Source: Candidatus Kapaibacterium sp. (GTDB taxonomy: Bacteria > Bacteroidota > Ignavibacteria > Kapaibacteriales > UBA2268). From it: DNA of 64,000 nucleotides. Within the stretch, counting starts at the first letter, position 1. Each line of letters starts with the position of its first letter. Positions 39,163 through 47,603 of this stretch are shown here, in pieces. The stretch covers positions 448,001-512,000 of the forward strand of contig OY762428.1 in assembly GCA_963665665.1 (NCBI GenBank), in the 5' to 3' direction. The translations under genes and the position numbers were made by a program. The notes beneath the pieces are model-generated. The model was not told the DNA's origin and searched no databases. It worked only from the letters and a program-made list of their open reading frames with translations.

Positions 39163-40257
39163 ATGAAAAGATACTTACCCTTTGCCGCACTGCTGTTATT
39201 CTTTGCCTATATTAATACTACAGCAAGAGATAATCCGATAATAATCGATCACACCTGTTGTGACCTGAGTGTAGTGCCGGAAGCGGATATTATTACTGCC
39301 AAGAGTTCTTTCAGGATTTCTTATGGCCACACTTCACACGGCAGCCAGATAGTCAGCGGTATGAACCGGACAGAGGCTAACTACGGCGACCTTTTTGCCT
39401 ACCAGACCGTAAGCAATATGCTGCAGGATGTTCCGGACGGACATCTTTGGATTTATGACAGGTATCCCGCCGGAGACCTTGGAAATCCGGACAGGACTAC
39501 CTGGGCCGACAGAACCAGAGATATGCTCTATTTAGATAATTGTACAGTAAATACTGTTATGTGGTCATGGTGCGGACAGGTTAACGGCAGCGAGGATAAC
39601 ATCAACACCTACCTGACATTGATGAATGGTCTTGAAGAAGAATTTCCATATATCACTTTCATTTATATGACGGGCCATCTCGACGGTTCGGGTGAAGACG
39701 GCAACGTAAATGTAAGAAATAATCAAATCAGGGAATTTTGCAAAGAAAATAATAAAATACTCTTTGACTTTGCGGATATTGAAAGCTACGATCCCGACGG
39801 CAATTATTTTCTTGACAGGGGAGCCGACGACGGCTGCAATTACGACGATGGCAACTGGGCCGTGGAATGGTGTGAAGCCCACCCAGGCGAATGCGATGAT
39901 TGCTCATGCGCTCACAGCCATTGCCTGAACTGCCAGCAGAAAGGCAGGGCATTCTGGTGGATGATGGCCCGCCTCGCAGGCTGGGAAGGTATAACATCAG
40001 TAAGCGATGATACTAAAAGCGGGCTATCCGTGTATCCTTCCCCGGCAAATGATTATGTTACTATCGAGCTTTCTGAAAATATTACTTCCGGAAAAATTGA
40101 AATATTTGATGTTAGTGGAAACAGATATTCCATTGAACCTAAACTCGAAGGCAATAAGATAGTAATTAGTACACTTGATCTTACTCCCGGTTTTTATTCA
40201 TTCAGGTTGTACTCAGGCCTGGAAGTTAAATCCGGCAAATTTGTTATATCAAGATAA
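39163..40257 (+). CDS. Secreted hypothetical protein (possible SGNH-like alpha/beta domain) with T9SS CTD
   Basis: GGAG RBS before ATG 39163; GHTSHGSQ, MWSWCG, YMTGHLDG, LFDFADIES, WWMMARLAGW; VYPSPAND...GFY CTD. Confidence 0.8.
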   Translation: MKRYLPFAALLLFFAYINTTARDNPIIIDHTCCDLSVVPEADIITAKSSFRISYGHTSHGSQIVSGMNRTEANYGDLFAYQTVSNMLQDVPDGHLWIYDRYPAGDLGNPDRTTWADRTRDMLYLDNCTVNTVMWSWCGQVNGSEDNINTYLTLMNGLEEEFPYITFIYMTGHLDGSGEDGNVNVRNNQIREFCKENNKILFDFADIESYDPDGNYFLDRGADDGCNYDDGNWAVEWCEAHPGECDDCSCAHSHCLNCQQKGRAFWWMMARLAGWEGITSVSDDTKSGLSVYPSPANDYVTIELSENITSGKIEIFDVSGNRYSIEPKLEGNKIVISTLDLTPGFYSFRLYSGLEVKSGKFVISR

Positions 40258-40369
40258 ATAATTAAGTCTAAACAATATTTCGTTATTAAAATTTATATCG
40301 GCCGGAGGCTATTTCTCCGGTCGAATTATTTAAATAGAACTGTCAAAAATAATTTAGTACAGTTTCCCA

Positions 40370-41161
40370 TTAAAACAACAACCTGATACCATTTACAAAT
40401 TCAAAATCATAATCCTTTTTATCAATTGGGGGCTGTTGGTCAAAACGATAGTGGATACTCATGTTGAATTTTATCACATCAGTTACTGAAAATTCAAGTA
40501 CATTGTCTGTTAAAATTCTTGAATCATCGAGATCATTGATATTAACCTGATAGTAAATCACAGTTTCGAAATGTATGTTTCGGTGCAATAACCATTTTAA
40601 AGACAGATAATTAGTGGAACGTATAAGCCTGGTATTACTATGTGTGTTTTTACTGTAATCCTCATGTTCATACATGGCTCCTATACCAACGTTGATGTGA
40701 ATAAGCGAAGTTGAATCATTTCCATAAGGCCTTTTTAAAATAAGCATTCTCAATCCTCCGCCGGCAAGCCATCGCAAATGAAGGTCCAGGAATCTGTTAA
40801 ATTCAACCTGACTAAATGCTTCCGGTAATAAAATATTATTATAATGCCATATTCCACGAAGGTGAATAAATCCCTTATTTGTTATAATTTCGTCGTTACC
40901 TTCTTTATATTCCAGATTACCACTTATAAAAGAATACATGGTAGAATCAAAATAATCCACCCTGACGCTGCTGGTAAACTTAGTATATTCAGTATTCCCG
41001 GAGTTAAAATCAAGCCCCAGATCAATCGCCGTATGAAAGCCGTCCTTCAATCCGCTTCTACGCAGTACTTCAGTATTTACCTGGGATAATAGTTCAATAC
41101 TACAAATGAAAAATAATACCAGGAGAGAAATTGAATTTATTAATACAGATTTTATTTTCAT
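40370..41161 (-). CDS. DUF481-like outer-membrane beta-barrel protein
   Basis: SQVNTE.LR, FNSGNT, amphipathic strands and a terminal Phe. Confidence 0.8.
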   Translation of the reverse strand: MKIKSVLINSISLLVLFFICSIELLSQVNTEVLRRSGLKDGFHTAIDLGLDFNSGNTEYTKFTSSVRVDYFDSTMYSFISGNLEYKEGNDEIITNKGFIHLRGIWHYNNILLPEAFSQVEFNRFLDLHLRWLAGGGLRMLILKRPYGNDSTSLIHINVGIGAMYEHEDYSKNTHSNTRLIRSTNYLSLKWLLHRNIHFETVIYYQVNINDLDDSRILTDNVLEFSVTDVIKFNMSIHYRFDQQPPIDKKDYDFEFVNGIRLLF

Positions 41162-41185
41162 AATGATTACCCGCAGAATTGTAAT

Positions 41186-41410
41186 TTATTCATAAGTTCC
41201 CGTATGTACGAAAGCACTTTGCTTCATCCTAATCTTTAAGTTGTCTGAAGTACCAATTAGATTTCCACATTTGCAATAAATCTTGTTTCCCTTTCTTACG
41301 GTGTAGTCTTCAACAATCCTGGAATGCCAGCAACGCAAAACTCTTCCCGAACCTATCTTCCGATATTTCAGTAACTTCTTTTTACATTTACTGCATTTGA
41401 TCGTATACAT
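41186..41410 (-). CDS. Small basic zinc-ribbon protein
   Basis: CSKCKKKLLKYRKIGSG..LRC...CKCGNLIG. Confidence 0.7.
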   Translation of the reverse strand: MYTIKCSKCKKKLLKYRKIGSGRVLRCWHSRIVEDYTVRKGNKIYCKCGNLIGTSDNLKIRMKQSAFVHTGTYE

Positions 41411-41542
41411 TTAAAACTAAAAATTAAATTTTAATAATTTTTAGACTAAATCTAAGAAATAAAGGTCTGAATTAAAAATTTCAGCAATGTTTTTATTATT
41501 TTTGTAAAAATTTTTAATAATAATTTTTAAAAAGGGATTTAG

Positions 41543-42421
41543 ATGGAAACTGTACACTCAACAAAATTCGAGAACCTGAACTTAAAGCACCGCGGCAAAG
41601 TGCGTGATATATATGACCTTGGCGAATACCTTCTTTTTGTTGCCAGCGACAGGATTTCTGCATTCGATGTAATAATGAATGAGCCTGTGAACGGCAAAGG
41701 CGCTATACTTTCGGGTATATCCAAATTCTGGTTTGGTAAAACGCAGGATATCATTGCCAACCACTTCGTTACCGACGATGTGAATGAGTATCCTGATGAA
41801 TGCAAACCTTATGCTTCAGCTCTCGAAGGACGCTCAATGCTGGTGAAAAAATGCAAACCTCTTGCCGTTGAATTTATTGTTCGCGGCTACGTGGCAGGCT
41901 CGGGATGGAAAGAATACAAGAAAAGCGAGACAATATGCGGAATACCGCTTCCGGGTGGCCTTCAGGAATTTGAACAGCTTCCGGAACCGCTTTTCACACC
42001 ATCAACAAAGGCAGACGTAGGCCACGATGAGAATATTAATTTTGAACAGGCTGCTGAAATTCTTGGTCAGGAAACAGCAGAAAAACTCCGCGACGTTGCC
42101 CTGGATCTTTACAAATTCGGACGTGACTATATGAATGAGCATGGTATCATCCTGGCAGATACAAAATTTGAATTCGGCGAACTTGAAAATGGTGATATTA
42201 TACTTATCGACGAAGCATTAACTCCGGATTCTTCAAGATTCTGGCTAAAAGAAACCTACGCTCCGGGCAAACCACAGGTTCAGTTCGACAAGCAGGTACT
42301 GCGTGATTACCTTGAAACTCTTGATTGGGATAAAAATCCGCCGTCACCGGCTCTTCCCGATAAAGTTATTAATGATATCATTACCTCCTACAAAGAAGCC
42401 TATAATAGAATAGTAAAATAA
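41543..42421 (+). CDS. purC: Phosphoribosylaminoimidazolesuccinocarboxamide (SAICAR) synthase
   Basis: GKVRDIY, SDRISAFD, FTPSTKA..GHDENI, ADTKFEFG, DEALTPDSSRFW, FDKQ. Confidence 0.97.
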   Translation: METVHSTKFENLNLKHRGKVRDIYDLGEYLLFVASDRISAFDVIMNEPVNGKGAILSGISKFWFGKTQDIIANHFVTDDVNEYPDECKPYASALEGRSMLVKKCKPLAVEFIVRGYVAGSGWKEYKKSETICGIPLPGGLQEFEQLPEPLFTPSTKADVGHDENINFEQAAEILGQETAEKLRDVALDLYKFGRDYMNEHGIILADTKFEFGELENGDIILIDEALTPDSSRFWLKETYAPGKPQVQFDKQVLRDYLETLDWDKNPPSPALPDKVINDIITSYKEAYNRIVK

Positions 42422-42440
42422 TTTTTTTGTTTTCAAATAT

Positions 42441-42471
42441 TTCATCCGATCACTCCAAGTGGTCGGATGAA
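42441..42471. terminator. Hairpin between convergent genes
   Basis: TTCATCCGATCACT-cca-AGTGGTCGGATGAA. Confidence 0.55.
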
Positions 42472-42481
42472 TAGTGAAATA

Positions 42482-44833
42482 TCACTCCACAACTAATTTA
42501 AAATCAATAGTATTATCAGCGGTAGTCACTTTAATAAAATACGCGCCCGGTAATATCTCACCCGGTAATTTGTACTGAATATCCTGGCGTATGGCTCCGA
42601 AAAGAGATAGTTTTTCTTTCTTTATCGTTCTTCCGCTAAGGTCAATCAATTCAATTATTGTCTCACCGGCAAATTCATCATTCAAAGTCAAAGTAATCAA
42701 AGAGCCGGGATGAGCGGGATTAGGAAAAATATTTGCCTTAATGCCCTGGGTTTCTTCAACTGAAGTGCCCGGGTTGTATTCTATAGCACAAAGAAAGCCT
42801 GTTGATTTGCCGGGATAAATCCGGGAATCATAAGCATCTTTTAAATGGAAATCAGGACTTTCTGTTAACCCGCAATAATATACTCTGCCGAGGCTGTCAA
42901 TTGCCGTTCCCTGTAATTTCTGATAAGGCCATGAACCGCCAAAATAGGTGCAATAAAGGATTGAGTCAAGATTAGAGCTGACTATCATTGTAAACCCTCT
43001 ATGCTCGCCAATATCTTTTGACTCCATCCGTGTAAGTGCGTCCTTGCTGATTGTTAAATTACCCCACAGGCAATTTCCTGATATAATAAAATCGCCATTA
43101 GAAGTCTGGTTGAAATTATTATAATTAACATTAATTGCTCCTGTAAATGTAGCCGCTTTTTCAATTTTTCCTTTGGCCGAGTCAGTTTTTGCAATAAAGA
43201 ATCTAATGCTTCCTATACCATCAGAAGCGTCGTGAGCTCCGGGCGTAACAGGCAGTTTGCCTTCCTCGCATATACCGCCTATGTAATATGAATTATTTCC
43301 GCTAAATTGACATGCTAATGTAGCAATATTATATTCTGATTGATGATATGAAATTGTTTTTTTTGTTTTTAAATCTATTAAACTATAATATGATATTACG
43401 TCACTATTGTTAAAAAAATCATAACCTGTAATGCAAAGAATATCATTGCTGACAGAAAAATAAACGGGCCTTGAAGCTATACCTTCACCAAAATAAGTTG
43501 AAAATGATATATCGGATCCGTCTGAATTCATAATTATTATGCCTCCGTCAAAAACATTTTTACTTCCTGGTACAGTATCAATCTTCTTTTCTTTCCTGAT
43601 TGCATTTTCTGTTGGTATTATTTTTAAATCATCATAAATTGTAAAAATAATATAACAGTTGCCTTTTGAATCAATGTCAAAATGAGGAATACTCATATAT
43701 TTATGCGTTTCAGAAAATTCCCAGTAAGAACCGTGAAATAAGGAATCGCCATTTTTAGATAAATTGACCGAATAAAACCTGTAATCCTGCTCGTCAAAAT
43801 CAGGAGCGTCCATATAGGCATGTTCGCTTACAGGCATGCTGTCTCTGGATAAACCTAATAATTTATATGATCTATCTTCAAGATATGCAATTTTATTAAA
43901 TGCAAAGTTTCGAAAATGGCTTGTCCATAAGGGATATTGCCCGTCCCTGTTGAAACAACAAATAATTCCTTCCCCTCCATTACTGGTTTTGTTATATCTT
44001 CTAAGAGAATCCGGAAAATAATTTTTATTATTTAGGTACATTCCTATTACAGGATTATTTTCATTATTTATACATATTGATTCCATAAATGCATATTCGC
44101 CTCCGAGAAAAGTAGAAAAAACTGTCGGATCGATAATCAATTCTTTTGTTTCATCATAGTTACCAAGTTCAAATGTCAGGTGTTTACTATCACGTATAAC
44201 TGGCGCACATTCAACTGTCTGCAATAGATTCCCAGATTTTTGAAAAGCTTTCAGCGCCCCGTGCGTATATTCTTCATTACCTGAAACAACTTTGAAGCTG
44301 CCATTATCAGAATAATCAAGGATTCCGTCTCCTTTGAATTCAATTTTCAAATTACCCGGATTAGCGCCGGGAGGAAGGATTATATCATATCTCGGTTTGT
44401 GACTATCAATTGTCAGTTTCAGGCTGAAATCCTGGTAATTAACCGTTATTTCCCGATAGGATTTTACCCTTACCGCTTTATTGCTTCTATGATCATAAAA
44501 GTAATTATGAACAGTCGGTGTCTCACCATCAGTATTCAAGTTCAAAATTTTGCTACCATTCTTGCCTGATGAAAACGACAACATATAGGCGCAACCGCTT
44601 ATTGTATCAAGGGCATTTGATTCAAATTTACCGGGGCTTTTCAGCCCCGGTTTAATATTATAATGATCAAATACAAGCCCTTCCCCGGTTACCCATACAT
44701 TGATACCATCAGCAGAAGCTTTGGCCAATATGTTTTCCGGCCACTGCCCGGCGTTCGGAATAATGGATTCTTCGGAATAAACAAATCCGGCGGAAAGGAA
44801 TAAAATACAAAATATTATTAGCGTATTTTTCAT
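42482..44833 (-). CDS. SBBP-repeat-like beta-propeller surface protein with T9SS CTD
   Basis: PNAGQW, YD...LIIDP..FSTFLGG, YCTYFGGS...G.TESPDF, IFPNPA...PGAYFIKV. Confidence 0.85.
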   Translation of the reverse strand: MKNTLIIFCILFLSAGFVYSEESIIPNAGQWPENILAKASADGINVWVTGEGLVFDHYNIKPGLKSPGKFESNALDTISGCAYMLSFSSGKNGSKILNLNTDGETPTVHNYFYDHRSNKAVRVKSYREITVNYQDFSLKLTIDSHKPRYDIILPPGANPGNLKIEFKGDGILDYSDNGSFKVVSGNEEYTHGALKAFQKSGNLLQTVECAPVIRDSKHLTFELGNYDETKELIIDPTVFSTFLGGEYAFMESICINNENNPVIGMYLNNKNYFPDSLRRYNKTSNGGEGIICCFNRDGQYPLWTSHFRNFAFNKIAYLEDRSYKLLGLSRDSMPVSEHAYMDAPDFDEQDYRFYSVNLSKNGDSLFHGSYWEFSETHKYMSIPHFDIDSKGNCYIIFTIYDDLKIIPTENAIRKEKKIDTVPGSKNVFDGGIIIMNSDGSDISFSTYFGEGIASRPVYFSVSNDILCITGYDFFNNSDVISYYSLIDLKTKKTISYHQSEYNIATLACQFSGNNSYYIGGICEEGKLPVTPGAHDASDGIGSIRFFIAKTDSAKGKIEKAATFTGAINVNYNNFNQTSNGDFIISGNCLWGNLTISKDALTRMESKDIGEHRGFTMIVSSNLDSILYCTYFGGSWPYQKLQGTAIDSLGRVYYCGLTESPDFHLKDAYDSRIYPGKSTGFLCAIEYNPGTSVEETQGIKANIFPNPAHPGSLITLTLNDEFAGETIIELIDLSGRTIKKEKLSLFGAIRQDIQYKLPGEILPGAYFIKVTTADNTIDFKLVVE

Positions 44834-44917
44834 TGTCTTACCTGTTTATTTGCAATTTCTGATTATTAATTTTTATAATATAACGAATTTATAAAGAAAA
44901 AGTAATGGTGGAACTTC

Positions 44918-45120
44918 GTTACCATTCAGTTTAACTTTGAAAATATGTAAAAACTGTATAAAGCGGTCATTCTGAGTGCCAGCGAAGAATCCATTCTTTG
45001 ATAATAATTTAAAAAAATTATGGATTCTTCAGTCGCTTCGCTCCTAAAGCCTGCCACGAGGTGTAGGGGAATGACATTTTTAGATTTTCTCTTCAACATT
45101 TAAACCATCAGAGTGGTTAC
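44918..45120. mobile_element. REP/MITE-like palindromic element (same family as 20641-20874)
   Basis: GTCATTCTGAGTGCCAGCGAAGAATCCA...TGGATTCTTCAGTCGCTTCGCTCC...GAATGAC; outer IR GTTACCATTCAG/CAGAGTGGTTAC. Confidence 0.72.
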
Positions 45121-45126
45121 CCTATT

Positions 45127-45576
45127 TCAATTCTTAATATATGATTCGATAAAGTTACATAGCTGTGTCTTTTTTGCCTCGTTGTAATTTAGTTCAAAAA
45201 GAACATTCCCTCTACTATCAATTAATGCATACAAGGTTGCAGGCTTCAAATTAAGCTCTTTTCTTGAAATGTTTACTTCTTCCTTTACGCAGTGAGGCCA
45301 GTCTTGGGATTTGATAAAGTTTTTCTGTTCTTTCTTCCTGTCGCATAATATATAACCGCAAACTTCAACATTTTGATATTTCTTATTAACGCATTTAATA
45401 TCCTCATTTATGTATGCTATACAAGCCGGACAGTCGTGAATAGAGAATATGTAAATTAACTGATAATCATTTGCCTGATTGGATTTATTGTTTTGAGTAA
45501 ACAAACAGATAAAAGAAACCAAAAAAATAATTGAAGTCAATAGGAATGATTTAACAAAATTTGAGATACTTATCAT
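45127..45576 (-). CDS. Exported thioredoxin-fold-like CxxC protein
   Basis: N-terminal anchor, IFSIHDCPAC, C-terminal ALIDSRGNVL. GGAG RBS favours ATG 45576. Confidence 0.7.
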   Translation of the reverse strand: MISISNFVKSFLLTSIIFLVSFICLFTQNNKSNQANDYQLIYIFSIHDCPACIAYINEDIKCVNKKYQNVEVCGYILCDRKKEQKNFIKSQDWPHCVKEEVNISRKELNLKPATLYALIDSRGNVLFELNYNEAKKTQLCNFIESYIKN

Positions 45577-45577
45577 T

Positions 45578-46870
45578 TTAATAACTCCATTCATATTCTT
45601 CTATAATCCAATTTTCCGCATTTTTTCTGAATATTCTGATTTTATTATCAATTTTTGAATAATGGATGTATTCAATTTTACCATTTTCATTTTTATTGGA
45701 TATTTTAGTGTTTTGAACAATAAGACTTCCTTCCTTATTGTATAGTTGTAATATTGGTTGATTTTTGTCTTCATTTAATATGTAATGGTCAACATGTACA
45801 AGAATGTTATTGTTCTTTGTAACAAAAATTGATTTGGTAAATAAAGTAATTTCGTTTTTAAGCAAAGTATACATATAATCATACGAAGATCGTTCTTCTG
45901 ATTTAAGTTTTTCAATCTTTTCAAAAAGCTCGTTATTCGTTGAAGGCAAATTGGTAAGATCAAAATTCGTATCTGTTGATGCATTGAATATTTTATTTAA
46001 ATAAGGAAACAATATAAATACGTTTCCATTATCATCGATATCAACATTTACTGTATTGAGTAGTTTGTATTTCAATTTTGTTCTTTTATAAATTTCAGGT
46101 AGAGGGAGAATAATATCAATGAACTTGCCTTTACTATCATTTCTTCCTATTGCTATAAGCTCGTCTATCAGACTGTCCTGCATTGAATAAGGTGTTTCGT
46201 GTATTGAATAAATTTCCTTCTTCAATTTGTTATATTTTATTTTGTTTGCCTGTGCAAAGGAAGTTTGAATATCATCTGAACACCTTCGGCTGTTTAAAAC
46301 AAAACATTCATATTTTTTTGAGTTTTTATTTAAATAACTAATTAAAGGTACAGTTGTTTTTCTGGTAGTTCCCCACTTTGGGACTATGTTTCGTTGAGTT
46401 GAATCTTCACCATGTTTTTTTAACTCACATTTTGCTGAGACTTTTGAACATAGAAAAATGGTCGAATCATTTATAAATTCTCCATATGTATATCTGTTTT
46501 CAAAAAAGAAATGTGGGTCTTTTTTTCTCAATTTTTTTGGATCAATAAATTGATATTCTTTTCTAAAGTAACTTCCTTTTTGATATAAGGAATCACTTAA
46601 ATATTCTGGAGGCGATAAAATATCTATTAATCCAAAATAGTTTGATGTATATAAATAAATATTTTTACTAAAAATTGAACTTATCAAAAATAGTTCACCA
46701 TTATCAGAAAATGAACAGTTGTCAATCGAACTAATTGCAATATCATCTGGTTCCTGTAGGACTTCGTATCTTACTAATTTTAGTTTTAAATGTTTAGATT
46801 CGGTTTTTCCATTACAGTTTGTCGAAAAAAATAAAATAATGAAACTAAATAGAATTATTTTCAGATTCAT
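45578..46870 (-). CDS. Hypothetical exported/lipoprotein, probable beta-propeller
   Basis: Signal with possible lipobox (FSTNC); blade-like segments FSDNGELFLI, DIDDNGNVFI, FVTKNNNILV, LYNKEGSLI; very AT-rich. Confidence 0.7.
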   Translation of the reverse strand: MNLKIILFSFIILFFSTNCNGKTESKHLKLKLVRYEVLQEPDDIAISSIDNCSFSDNGELFLISSIFSKNIYLYTSNYFGLIDILSPPEYLSDSLYQKGSYFRKEYQFIDPKKLRKKDPHFFFENRYTYGEFINDSTIFLCSKVSAKCELKKHGEDSTQRNIVPKWGTTRKTTVPLISYLNKNSKKYECFVLNSRRCSDDIQTSFAQANKIKYNKLKKEIYSIHETPYSMQDSLIDELIAIGRNDSKGKFIDIILPLPEIYKRTKLKYKLLNTVNVDIDDNGNVFILFPYLNKIFNASTDTNFDLTNLPSTNNELFEKIEKLKSEERSSYDYMYTLLKNEITLFTKSIFVTKNNNILVHVDHYILNEDKNQPILQLYNKEGSLIVQNTKISNKNENGKIEYIHYSKIDNKIRIFRKNAENWIIEEYEWSY

Positions 46871-46896
46871 TTCATTTCCTCTTAATATTGAAAAAA

Positions 46897-46921
46897 GCTC
46901 TCTAAAAATAAAGAGAGCTTA
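46897..46921 (-). terminator. Hairpin/terminator between the small Cys-rich gene and the downstream gene
   Basis: AAGCTCTCT...AGAGAGCTT followed by a T-run on the minus strand. Confidence 0.6.
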
Positions 46922-46935
46922 AATGAAATAAATAT

Positions 46936-47295
46936 TTAATGTAAAACTCTTGATTTAAAATAGTTATCGGTCGGATCAAGATATAATTCTTCGCAGCCGT
47001 CACTTGGGCTTGGTTGAAATGATTCCAAGTTGATTTCTATATACCATGACTCAACATCGCAATCATAGCCCCATGTAAAACAAGCATCATCCTGTTCTTT
47101 GCACCAGCAATAGGCTGAGGAATTATTATTGTAGATTGCATAATTTGTTGCTGGGCCATCCAGTTCACTTTCGCTATATTGCCCGCATCCCGGTGTAGCT
47201 CCACCGTTAAGATATTCCCGACATGGTGCGCTGTCGCTTATACTATAAGCTGATAGGAGGAGAACAAATCCCAAAAACAGAGATATTAATTTCAT
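46936..47295 (-). CDS. Small secreted Cys-rich protein
   Basis: Signal peptide, 7 Cys in an acidic mature region. Confidence 0.75.
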   Translation of the reverse strand: MKLISLFLGFVLLLSAYSISDSAPCREYLNGGATPGCGQYSESELDGPATNYAIYNNNSSAYCWCKEQDDACFTWGYDCDVESWYIEINLESFQPSPSDGCEELYLDPTDNYFKSRVLH

Positions 47296-47603
47296 AATAT
47301 CACCCGTATTATTTGTTGTAAAATAAATTAATTACGGTCTTAATGTATAAAAAAAAAAAAATGATTAATCAAAGAAAATTATTGATTTTGTTAAAAATAC
47401 CAGAAAATACTTAGGTATAAATACGTATAATTTTTTTAATAAAGTATTAACCAGGCTAAGTTTAATAAAATGATAATTGATAACCTGTCTTGCTTTTTGG
47501 CAGAGTAATTGCAATACTACTGTCAGAAACAAGGACGAAATTATATAAAGTATTGAATGTATTGGGCATAGGAATATTAAAGCAAAAAACATGATGAGAA
47601 CAG

